This document shows positions 40,264 through 49,138 of a stretch of DNA of 60,457 nucleotides, piece after piece. Position numbers and translations under genes: made by a program. Position 1 is the stretch's first letter, and every line of letters starts with the position of its first letter. Origin of the DNA: Chlamydiales bacterium. Its GTDB lineage: Bacteria > Chlamydiota > Chlamydiia > Chlamydiales > CALTSX01. Under the pieces are notes generated by a model, which had not been told where the DNA came from, did no database searches, and saw nothing but the letters and a program-made list of their open reading frames with translations. The stretch covers positions 1 to 60,457 of the forward strand of contig JBOFEG010000010.1 in assembly GCA_051647685.1 (NCBI GenBank), written 5' to 3'.

Positions 40264-41320
40264 ATGGCAAAAGCTTTTATATTTGTATTAATAATTACTA
40301 ATATTGCCTTCACTAATCCATTTCTGATTGATGTTGACAAGAAAAAAAATTTCCTAGCTGATGACTATATCAACATGCAGTCTCAACTTAGATCTATAGA
40401 TGTTTCATCCTTAATATCGAGTTATTATGAAGAATTTATTAAATTAGGCGAAGCGGACCCAAATCGTTTCTCTTACGATTCTTTTTATCGCAGATGTTCT
40501 GTGGGCACTAATTGGACTTTTATCGATCCAAAACAGGGAACACTTCCCGAAAAAAAACTCTGCAAAATTAATAATGGCGGAGATTGTTGTATTGTCTGTG
40601 TTTCCTCTTACAATAAATTTTATCCAGAACTTATGCTTTCGAATATTTTTTGGGAGAATATCCAAACCCGACTGGAAAAGAGATACAATATATTGGTGTG
40701 CCCTATGCATTTAAAATTTTTGCTATGCTAGAAGCGGAACAACTTGGTTTTAACAAAGTTATTTGGTTAGATGCATCCATGAAAGTGCTAAAGGATCCAA
40801 CTCCTTTGTTTGAAATACTAGATAGCACTGGTTCTTTTTTTACTACAGCAAATTCACTTTTCCCTTGGTGAGAAATGCAAGACCAACAAAAAAAATCCTT
40901 CCACAAACCAGATATAAATTATATGAATTAACAGGGATAGATGTTGCAAATAGCAAATATTACGTACCAGGCGGCGTTTTCGGATTTAGAATGGATCATC
41001 CACTTACTAAAAAATTTATAAATAAATACCACGAAATAGTTAGTGAAGGTTATGGTTTCATATCGAATGCTCCAGAAGAATATGTTTTTTCGTCTATACT
41101 TTCCCAAGATGGATTTAAAGAATGGAAACCTACAACGTATTTTAAGCTACTTTCTAATAGAAAAGATAAAATTACTAAATCAACTTCAAAAATAAAATTA
41201 TTCCCTATAAAACGTTTATTGACAAAAATACTGGGAAAAAAGTCTGTTACTACAATAATAAGAGAAGATCACAAAAGAGCCGAGCAAGAGGGCTATTTCT
41301 TTTACTACAGGGAGCATTAA
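40264..41320 (+). pseudogene. Glycosyltransferase-like gene split by two frameshifts
   Basis: Three overlapping ORFs in three frames (40264, 40650, 40865); YAFKIFAMLEA..LGFNKVIWLDAS; PEEYVFSSIL. Confidence 0.65.
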
Positions 41321-41328
41321 AATTTACT

Positions 41329-42135
41329 GTGATGAAAACACGTATTAAGATTTGTTTTTCTTTTATTATTTCTATCCTTCACTTTTATTCTATACTCTAT
41401 TCTATTTCTATCGATGAAATACTTCTAGAATCCCCTTTACGGGACTATCTGAGAGAAATTGAAATAACAGAATTACATACAGGCATGGAACTTATTGATT
41501 GCATTTATGCTATCAATTTGGATGAAAGAATAAATCGATGGAACCAATTACGGGATTCATGGGAAAAAAATGGACTTTCTGTGAATAGAGTTCAAGCAGT
41601 TAATGGATGGAATTTAAGTAAAGATTGTATAAAAACTCTGAGTTTCCCACATGATAGTATGCCAGGAGGAGTTCTTGGATGTTTTTTAAGCCATATTTCT
41701 GTGTTGAAAAATGCATATGAAAACCAATTTAATGTTATTTGGGTGTTGGAGGATGATGCAGGCTTTTTTGGAGATCCTCAAAAAATTACAGAACTTGTAG
41801 CAGCTCTTTCTAAGTTAGATCCACAGTGGGATATCTTGTATACAGATGTTAGAAATATTGGAATTACGCAGGGAAGTTTTGGAGTTTTACCAGTTAATAA
41901 TGAAGACTATCTCGATAAAAATTTTATGCGAGTAGGTAACAGATTTGGCTTCTATTCAGTTTTTATTTCAAAGTCTGATATAGAAAAACTTCTGCATTAT
42001 TTTATTTCTCATTCTCTTTCCACACCTATTGATGTAGAAATACATCGCATTCCAAATATTCGGAAATATTCTGTACGTCAAAATATAGTATCTTATACTC
42101 AAATAACTGATTCTACAACTCAATTCCCCCTTTAA
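41329..42135 (+). CDS. Glycosyltransferase family 25 with signal peptide
   Basis: YAINLDERINRW, RVQAVNG, GCFLSHISV, VLEDDA. Confidence 0.85.
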   Translation: MMKTRIKICFSFIISILHFYSILYSISIDEILLESPLRDYLREIEITELHTGMELIDCIYAINLDERINRWNQLRDSWEKNGLSVNRVQAVNGWNLSKDCIKTLSFPHDSMPGGVLGCFLSHISVLKNAYENQFNVIWVLEDDAGFFGDPQKITELVAALSKLDPQWDILYTDVRNIGITQGSFGVLPVNNEDYLDKNFMRVGNRFGFYSVFISKSDIEKLLHYFISHSLSTPIDVEIHRIPNIRKYSVRQNIVSYTQITDSTTQFPL

Positions 42136-42148
42136 GTTTTAGCTGAAT

Positions 42149-42424
42149 TCAAGGAGTTGGAGTAAATCCCAACAGAACACAAAATTCCATGCATTTTGCC
42201 CACCAAGTAGCAGCAACTGGATGTACTAGTGCAGCTGCCGAACAAGCTACCATACATCCAATTTCTACTGCAGGACCAGCAGATGCTGTAGGTAATGAGC
42301 AAGTGGATAAGATAGCGAGAGCTAAAGCTGTGATTTTAGGGTTTGCAAGTGCGGAAGTGCTGACTAACTTGATTGTTTCAGTGCTGTAATTTCTTAACGT
42401 GGAAAGTGTTCCATTAACCGACAT
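42149..42424 (-). CDS. Small cysteine-rich secreted-type peptide (GP...C..C...PTP)
   Basis: AGGAGG RBS; hydrophobic segment ending ASA|GP; CMVAC and CMEFC motifs; C-terminal FTPTP. Confidence 0.7.
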   Translation of the reverse strand: MSVNGTLSTLRNYSTETIKLVSTSALANPKITALALAILSTCSLPTASAGPAVEIGCMVACSAAALVHPVAATWWAKCMEFCVLLGFTPTP

Positions 42425-42506
42425 CTAAACCTCCTGTAAGAGAACTTTGTGAGAAAAAAAATTCTTACAAACAAAAAATATAAAATCAATAATATTTTAT
42501 ATGCCT

Positions 42507-42698
42507 CTAGAAAGACGCTTTTTGGTATAGAAACAGAAGAATCACAGAAATAACACCTATAATAAAAAAAGTAGCCCTATTGGGTTTTTCTTTGAATTTT
42601 TTTCTTATAGATTCTGGAAGACAAGAAATACAGAGAATGGCAAGTCCAGGAACTACCATGAGTACCAGAATAAGGAAGATATATTGCATAGTTGTCAT
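42507..42698 (-). CDS. Small two-TM membrane protein
   Basis: Likely start ATG 42698 (MTTMQYIFLILV) with AGGT upstream; two hydrophobic helices. Confidence 0.45.
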   Translation of the reverse strand: MTTMQYIFLILVLMVVPGLAILCISCLPESIRKKFKEKPNRATFFIIGVISVILLFLYQKASF

Positions 42699-42792
42699 AA
42701 TGTACCTATAAGAAATTCTGTCAATTTTTAGTGTAACACTTATATTAAAATAATAAATACAATATTTTAGTTCTGAATTAGAGTAAACTGCA

Positions 42793-44364
42793 GTGATTTC
42801 TACCATTACACATTTTCATAATCGAATTTGGTCTGATATAGAAAGTCGTCTCATCCCCTCTTCTGATGGATCTTATTATTGGGAAATTTTTCACGCTGTA
42901 CCATTAATTATAGAATTTCCAGTAGCTATTGCGGTCAGTTGTGTACAGACTGTTAATAAAATCCTATTTTGTATTCCCGATCTCTTTAGACATCCAGTGT
43001 CTAATGAAGATTTTTCGCATGTGCTTCAGGATGCAAGAGCATGGGGAAAACTTGCTAACATCGAGAGTCAAATTACTTTAGGAAGAGAAAATCCAGACTT
43101 TCTATTTGGCGTTGCAACGTGTACTTATCAAGATTCAGGATCAGTTCACTGTCCGAGTTCACAATGGGCTTTTTGGGAGAAAAGCCTCCCTGAGCATAAC
43201 CGTTCTGGAAAAAGTGCGGATCTTTTCGAATACTATAAAACAGAGCGGGGTTGTAAAAAAATTACCAATGCACTTCGCGAACTCGGCGTCAATTCTTATC
43301 GTTTTTCGATAGAATGGAGTCAAATTGAACCTCAAGAAGGAGTATGGGATGAAGCTGTATTGCAAGTGTATTTGAATTTTTGTTTGCACTTGCGAAACCA
43401 ACAAATTACTCCCATGATTACTCTCCATCATTTTTCTGAACCCCTTTGGTTTCACAAAAAGGGAAGCTTTGAAAAAGAAGAAAACCACGAAGCTTTTGTT
43501 CGCTTTTCTGAAAAGATATTCCTTCTTTTCACAAAATCAGACCAGGGTAGACCACTAGTGGAATACTTTTGTACGATTAATGAGCCGGCTATCGATTCTT
43601 TTTCTCGTTTTGTTCGAGGTTCTTTCTCTCCTGGAATTATATTGAACTTTAGTAGAGCAGCAAGGTTTCTTAAAGGAGCTTTAAAAGCACATGTATTGAC
43701 TTATGAAAGACTCAAAAAACAAGCTCCAGAAAGTGTTAAGATTGGTCTTGTACATCAATATCTGAGATTTATTCCATCTAATCTATGGATTTTCCCTATT
43801 ACATATTACCTTACCCGCCTTGTAAATGAAGTTGCACTCGATTTTTTTCGTACAGGAACATTTGTCTTCAAAATGCCCTTTGTACATGTTCGGGGTTCAA
43901 TGCCTCCTCCAAAAACTGACTTTTGCGGACTTCAATATTATACCCGTCCCTACATTGGAATATTCGGATCTACAAGTCCCAGCTCCCCAATGACACAAAT
44001 GCCTTTCCGTGAAGATCCAGAGGGAATCTATGAGGCGAGTGTCCAAGTGTATCAATCTTTTAAGGTACCTATTATTGTTACAGAAAATGGAATTTCTACT
44101 CACAATGAAGAGCAACGATCTCGTTACCTTATTCGATCTCTTTATGCATTAAATAAGTCTACTGCAGAAATCGGAATAGAAAATCTACTTGGATATTATT
44201 TGTGGTCTTTTTCTGATAATTTTGAATGGGATATGGGACTGACTCCACAGGCTTTTGGGGCTTTCACTATTGATAAAAAATTAAAAGAAGGAGCTCGAGT
44301 CTATACTCGGATCATTCGGACATGGGAAAGAAATATACAAACTACTCCAGCAAGTATTTCATAA
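42793..44364 (+). CDS. Glycoside hydrolase family 1 (beta-glucosidase-like) with N-terminal extension
   Basis: FLFGVATCTYQ, YRFSIEWSQIEP, TLHHF, acid/base TINEP, nucleophile VTENG, DNFEW. Confidence 0.9.
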   Translation: MISTITHFHNRIWSDIESRLIPSSDGSYYWEIFHAVPLIIEFPVAIAVSCVQTVNKILFCIPDLFRHPVSNEDFSHVLQDARAWGKLANIESQITLGRENPDFLFGVATCTYQDSGSVHCPSSQWAFWEKSLPEHNRSGKSADLFEYYKTERGCKKITNALRELGVNSYRFSIEWSQIEPQEGVWDEAVLQVYLNFCLHLRNQQITPMITLHHFSEPLWFHKKGSFEKEENHEAFVRFSEKIFLLFTKSDQGRPLVEYFCTINEPAIDSFSRFVRGSFSPGIILNFSRAARFLKGALKAHVLTYERLKKQAPESVKIGLVHQYLRFIPSNLWIFPITYYLTRLVNEVALDFFRTGTFVFKMPFVHVRGSMPPPKTDFCGLQYYTRPYIGIFGSTSPSSPMTQMPFREDPEGIYEASVQVYQSFKVPIIVTENGISTHNEEQRSRYLIRSLYALNKSTAEIGIENLLGYYLWSFSDNFEWDMGLTPQAFGAFTIDKKLKEGARVYTRIIRTWERNIQTTPASIS

Positions 44365-44463
44365 AAGTATTGCGCTTGCAACAACGCGAGTAGGTTTTGT
44401 TTTATTGAAAAAAAATAATTGAAAAAATATTCTTATATCTGGTTTTTACAACGAGGTTTTATT

Positions 44464-44916
44464 ATGAAAAAATTTATATGTGCATTTTTGTTTTGTATAC
44501 TTCCCACTTTGAGTTATAGCGGTGAGCTTTTACAATTTAAGGAAGATTATTTCTCAGAATTTACAAACAATTATAGAGAAATAGAAATAGCTGATATGGC
44601 TTGGAAAGAAGGTTCCTTAGAAAAAGCATGGTCTATATATTCCTGTATTTCTGATGTTGCAGAGCACCCTTTATTCCAGAGTGGAATTTTCTTAAAAAAA
44701 GCCTTACTCGCTCATGAAATGGGACTCGATGAGGAAGCTAAAGAAAATACTCTTGCTTTTATGCAACCCTTCATTACAGAGTCCGGTTTGGAAATAAGCG
44801 AAGACGATCTTGACAAAATTATAGAATCTGCAAAAAATTCCATCATGAAAAATGCAGAGAAATTTAAAGAGTTATTCTTCACTATTTATGAAAGCACAGA
44901 GGAAGAAGAGGAATAA
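44464..44916 (+). CDS. Secreted acidic hypothetical protein
   Basis: MKKFICAFLFCILPTLSYS signal peptide; GAGGT RBS before ATG 44464. Confidence 0.6.
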   Translation: MKKFICAFLFCILPTLSYSGELLQFKEDYFSEFTNNYREIEIADMAWKEGSLEKAWSIYSCISDVAEHPLFQSGIFLKKALLAHEMGLDEEAKENTLAFMQPFITESGLEISEDDLDKIIESAKNSIMKNAEKFKELFFTIYESTEEEEE

Positions 44917-44931
44917 GAAAATTTTTCCAAT

Positions 44932-45568
44932 CTATCTGCAGAAGTCAAGGAGTTTAGAAATAGTCACTATCAGAATGAACTTGAATTCCAAGTGATTTTA
45001 AATACTGTTTCCCTCCTTCTTCTCTATCTACAAATACAATTGCATCACTTACAATAAGACCCTGAGACCGCAGAATTTCCGCTATCTTTGCAATGCTCTC
45101 TCCAGTCGTAACGACATCTTCTACAATTAACACCCTATGATTATCCCGGTATACACCTTCTATAATCTGACCCATTCCATGATTTTTCCTCTCCTTTCTT
45201 ATCAAAATCATGGGTATGTTGTAACGCATAGAAATTCCTACAGTTATAGCAAGAGCTGCATAAGGTACTCCACAAAGGGTATCAAACGAAAGATTCATTA
45301 TTTTTTTATGTATAAGTTCACTTATTTGAATGAGCAGTTTGGGGTACGAAATAGCACACCGTAAATCCACATAATAGGGTGACAGTAAACTATTCTTCAG
45401 CGTAAATGATCCAGAATGAATAATTCCAATAGCGAAAAGTTTTTCAATAACGCTTTGTAAGTCTGTTTCTTCTATAGAAATTTTTTTGGATAATGGAGAT
45501 GATGGTTGCAACTGATTAGTATACAATGATCCGATACATAACAACATCCCGATAATAACATATTTCAT
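44932..45568 (-). pseudogene. pyrE: Orotate phosphoribosyltransferase (UMPS-type) with signal-peptide-like N-terminus and 3' frameshift
   Basis: GSFTLK, SPYYVDLR, CGVPYAAL, PRPP motif LIVEDVVTTGES, DREEGG; removing one base near 44971 restores HS-IVTISKLLDFCR*. Confidence 0.8.
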
Positions 45569-45701
45569 CCTGTGATACCTTCTCTATACTAATTCAAAAA
45601 TAATAGGAAAATTATTTTTAGAATACTTTTTCTATTACCTTTAAAATTGATTTTTTCTTATCCTAAATTTTTAATTCAATGGCGTTTTCTAAAGGAATTC
45701 T

Positions 45702-46445
45702 ATGAAACATTTATGTATTGGTCTCTTTGTGTGGTTTAATACCATTTTATCACAAGAACTACCAATGTTATATAATAAAAATTATGAAATCCCCCTTTCT
45801 CCTTATGAAATACAACTCGTAAATCATGCAAAAACAAGCATAGATAAGGCGCTTAATTTTCAATCTAAACTGAACGAAACTGGTTTTGCAAGCGATACTA
45901 ACATGAATGTTCTACCATCAGACTGCCCTTCAGATCACTTGTTAAATAATCTATGTGATTTACCAGGGACTTCGCATTTACATGTAGGATTACTAAAGGG
46001 TGGATCTTTTGTTGGAGCGCTGTACGGCAACCAAGATCTTTTAGTTGAGGCTATTGGAGTAGATTGGTTTGAGGAGTATCCCTACGATAAATTTTATTCA
46101 AATTGTTCTACTTACCTAGATATGGATAAAATCAAAATTATTAATAATTCGTGCTTTGATTTGGATAAATCTCTGTTTACGTCTCCGATTGATATTTATT
46201 TTTATGATGCTGATCACAGTATGTTGGGACATCAAAGAGCATTTACTTATTATGACGATGTTTTTTCTGATGTATTTATTGCAGTAGTCGACGATTGGAA
46301 ATGCCCTTGGGTACGCAGGCCCACTTTTAAAGCTTTTGAGAAGTTAAACTATCATATACTATATGAGACTTATATTCCTGATAGCAAAGCTTACGGTCAT
46401 GGGCAATATGTCGTTGTCATAAAAAAATCAATTCTTCCTAAATAA
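45702..46445 (+). CDS. Class I SAM methyltransferase-like (Methyltransf_24-like) with signal peptide
   Basis: LLNNLC, LHVGLLKGGSF, IDIYFYDADHS, VVDDW. Confidence 0.65.
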   Translation: MKHLCIGLFVWFNTILSQELPMLYNKNYEIPLSPYEIQLVNHAKTSIDKALNFQSKLNETGFASDTNMNVLPSDCPSDHLLNNLCDLPGTSHLHVGLLKGGSFVGALYGNQDLLVEAIGVDWFEEYPYDKFYSNCSTYLDMDKIKIINNSCFDLDKSLFTSPIDIYFYDADHSMLGHQRAFTYYDDVFSDVFIAVVDDWKCPWVRRPTFKAFEKLNYHILYETYIPDSKAYGHGQYVVVIKKSILPK

Positions 46446-47198
46446 AGCTGTATTATTATCTATCTCGCAAATAATTTCACACTCATCAAATAATCGCCAC
46501 ATACTCGACATCTTGGTTAATTTGTTATCTATTACTTGAAACAAGTTAGAAAAGAGAACATATCCACCTGGTTTAACCTTTGGTAAAAAAAGCTCTACAT
46601 CTATAAGTGCGCCTTCTTCACAAAAATTTCCATCTAAATGAAGAAAATCAATTTCTGGTATTTGATTGATAGCCATTTCTGATGTAGCGTGAATTACCGA
46701 ACAATAGGAATTCAGATTCCACTGATTGATAAGAGTAGTAAATCTATTTTTTATCTCTTTCATATTGACATGTGTCCACCAATTATAATTTGGATCATTG
46801 TTTGACATATGTTTTATAGCATCAACATTTGACCAAGCATCGATTGCATAGATGCATCCCGTTCTAAGATAATTAAGAGTAGCTGCCACGGGCAAAACTG
46901 AAGAGCCACTAAATACTCCTATTTCCACACAAACTTCTGGACGAATGGCAAAAATTAAATCCATTATCAACTCGGCCTTTTTTGCAGAACACCAACTGTT
47001 CTCAAGATATTTAATCACTCGATTTTTAAGCGATTGAAATTGAACATCTGGCAAAGTTGATCTATTCGATTCCATAACAAAACTGTATTCGTTTGCATCG
47101 CTATATAGATTGATTGTCTGTACAAATAAAAGAAATAAACCCAATCCATATATTATTTTTAGAATGTACGGTGTATATTTTTGGAAGTTGTTTAACAT
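46428..47198 (-). CDS. Class I SAM methyltransferase (Methyltransf_24-like) with signal/anchor
   Basis: VCVEIGVFSGSS, YAIDAW, IDFLHLDGN, VKPGG; start ATG 47198 with GGGGAGGA RBS. Confidence 0.75.
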   Translation of the reverse strand: MLNNFQKYTPYILKIIYGLGLFLLFVQTINLYSDANEYSFVMESNRSTLPDVQFQSLKNRVIKYLENSWCSAKKAELIMDLIFAIRPEVCVEIGVFSGSSVLPVAATLNYLRTGCIYAIDAWSNVDAIKHMSNNDPNYNWWTHVNMKEIKNRFTTLINQWNLNSYCSVIHATSEMAINQIPEIDFLHLDGNFCEEGALIDVELFLPKVKPGGYVLFSNLFQVIDNKLTKMSSMWRLFDECEIICEIDNNTALFRKN

Positions 47199-47267
47199 GT
47201 TCCTCCCCACTAGTTGTAAATAAAAAAATATTTTTAACGAAAATATCACCCATCTTAGATCTAGAAT

Positions 47268-48041
47268 TTAATTTCTTCCAATGAAAATTCTTTTATAGGG
47301 TATCGCGATCAAAAAATTAGTGTCTAACAAATTATAAGAAGCAATAGGGGACGTAGGACTTATTTCTGAGACATAACTTCTACAGTGATATTTCTCTCCA
47401 TAGGACCTATCTCCAGCATCTCCAAGACCTGAAACAATACATCCCTGGTCGTTTATATCGGGATCTATGGCTGCCGTAAAAATTGTCACATTTGGATGCT
47501 CTTTTGCGACTCGAGAAAGTCCAGGTCTCGATGCAAGTGCAGTAATTACAAATATTTTTTTTGGAATATAATTTTGAATTACTCGAATAGCATTAAGGAT
47601 AGACCCGCCAGTTGCTAGCATAGTATCTGATAGGATAACATACCTATCCTTCAGCTTAGGAAGAGAGGTATATTGTATCTTTGACTCAAGTGTTTCTTCA
47701 TTGCGAGAAATAGCAAAAAACCCCACCTCTGAGTTAGGAAATATTTTTTGTATTCCTGTGTGTAATGGCAATCCAGCTCGAAGAATGGTTACGAGTACGG
47801 GGATTTCATCGCATAAAAAATGAGTAGAATTTTCTCCAATCGTTGTTTGTACAGAGACTTCTTTCGTAGGTAGAGCTCTCAAAGCATCTAAAGCCAAGTA
47901 TTCACCAATGCTTTCTAGGGAGGCTCGAAATTTTTTTTGATCTGTTTTTGGATCGCGAATGGTAAAAAGAAGTTGATCTGCTACTATAGAAAATAGTAAA
48001 TTATTAAATAGTAATAAAAAAATTATATCATAATTACGAAT
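47268..48041 (-). CDS. upp: Uracil phosphoribosyltransferase (likely degenerate; ATG start missing)
   Basis: ILRAGL, DTMLATGGS, GLGDAGDR; frame stays open upstream of 47897 through RDPKTDQKKFRASLESIG to an ATT at 48041. Confidence 0.75.
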   Translation of the reverse strand: MRNYDIIFLLLFNNLLFSIVADQLLFTIRDPKTDQKKFRASLESIGEYLALDALRALPTKEVSVQTTIGENSTHFLCDEIPVLVTILRAGLPLHTGIQKIFPNSEVGFFAISRNEETLESKIQYTSLPKLKDRYVILSDTMLATGGSILNAIRVIQNYIPKKIFVITALASRPGLSRVAKEHPNVTIFTAAIDPDINDQGCIVSGLGDAGDRSYGEKYHCRSYVSEISPTSPIASYNLLDTNFLIAIPYKRIFIGRN

Positions 48042-48066
48042 GTATTCCTAATTAATTTGAAATTAA

Positions 48067-48096
48067 GGCGAGAATTAATTAAAAAGTTATCTCGCC
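48067..48096. terminator. Hairpin, possible terminator of 48105-48344 gene
   Basis: GGCGAGA ... TCTCGCC inverted repeat. Confidence 0.35.
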
Positions 48097-48104
48097 ATTT
48101 CCAT

Positions 48105-48344
48105 CTATTTGTTTTTATTAGAAGAATTACTAGAAGAATTGGATGAACTTGAAGATCCCAAAGAACCCGCTTTTACAGGCTCACTCTTATCATCTTTTAA
48201 TTCATAGCCTTTAGAAGGACCACAGCCATTCTTCTCATCGTCAGCTCCATAGATCGGATATCCTTTCATGCAAAGAAAAGTACAGAAGATCATCAGTAAT
48301 GATATTTTTAACGTTTTCATTTTTACTCCTATTTTTAATACCAA
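48105..48344 (-). CDS. Small secreted Ser-rich hypothetical protein
   Basis: Probable start MKTLKISLLMIFC with AGGAG RBS; Ser/Asn tail. Confidence 0.5.
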   Translation of the reverse strand: MVLKIGVKMKTLKISLLMIFCTFLCMKGYPIYGADDEKNGCGPSKGYELKDDKSEPVKAGSLGSSSSSNSSSNSSNKNK

Positions 48345-48741
48345 TACACAATTATCGGGTTGTGAAATTCAGAAAAATTTATCAATTCTAAATTTTATTT
48401 GATATAAAATTATGGAAAATTTCGCTAAAAAATTCCTTGTAAAAATTTAAAATATTTACTATTCATTATAATAAAATTATGTTTTCCTATAGGGTACGGC
48501 TTCTCAGTAATTCTCATGATTTCTACATATTCTTGAAAAATATTCTTCTTACTAATACGTAACTATGGTATAAATTAATGGTTATGTTATGGAATGAATT
48601 CTGTTTTTAGATAAACTAAATAAGTTCTATGACAATAAGATTGTTAGCGAGGATGAGACATTGCAATCAACTCTTCAAAATAATCAAATTTTATAAATAC
48701 ATATTTGAATAAATATGTGAAACGTATACTAGGAGAATAAC

Positions 48742-49071
48742 GTGTCTAAGAAACTATATGTTGGGAATTTATCCCATGATCTAAATAATAATGATTTACA
48801 ACAATTGTTTGAAACACATGGCAATGTCGTATCTGCACAAATTATCATGGATCGAGAAACAGGAAGATCTAAAGGCTTTGGCTTTGTCGAAATGGGCAGT
48901 GCTACAGAAGCTAAAGAAGCTATTGATGCTCTTAATGGAAAAGAAGTCCATGGAAGACCATTGACAGTTAACGAAGCTAGACCTCCAGCTGAAAGAGGTT
49001 CCCGAAGAGATGGCAACCGAAGTGGCGGCGGCGGATTCCGCGGCGGTCATGGTGGCGGAAGACGGTATTAA
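48742..49071 (+). CDS. RRM RNA-binding protein with Gly/Arg-rich tail
   Basis: RNP2 LYVGNL, RNP1 KGFGFVEM, LTVNEARP; AGGAG RBS, GTG start. Confidence 0.93.
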   Translation: MSKKLYVGNLSHDLNNNDLQQLFETHGNVVSAQIIMDRETGRSKGFGFVEMGSATEAKEAIDALNGKEVHGRPLTVNEARPPAERGSRRDGNRSGGGGFRGGHGGGRRY

Positions 49072-49090
49072 TTAAACCGTTTTTTTGATC

Positions 49091-49125
49091 AGCCCTTATC
49101 CTAAAAGGATAAGGGCTTCTTTTTT
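49091..49125 (+). terminator. Rho-independent terminator
   Basis: AGCCCTTATCCT-AAA-AGGATAAGGGCT followed by TCTTTTTT. Confidence 0.85.
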
Positions 49126-49138
49126 GCCCTTATTCAAT

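Larger units (their letters stand above)
32275..48344. mobile_element. Decaying ssrA-associated genomic island (right boundary uncertain)
   Basis: Recombinase remnant abutting the tmRNA 3' end; run of accessory genes and pseudogenes; no attR copy found. Confidence 0.55.

Noticed and set aside
33085-48344. Integron-like cassette array explaining the run of accessory genes
   Set aside because: Genes occur on both strands, several have their own promoter-like sequences, and no recurring attC-like repeat was found between them
48729-49050. Minus-strand ORFs of 95 and 84 aa
   Set aside because: Antisense to the well-supported RRM gene
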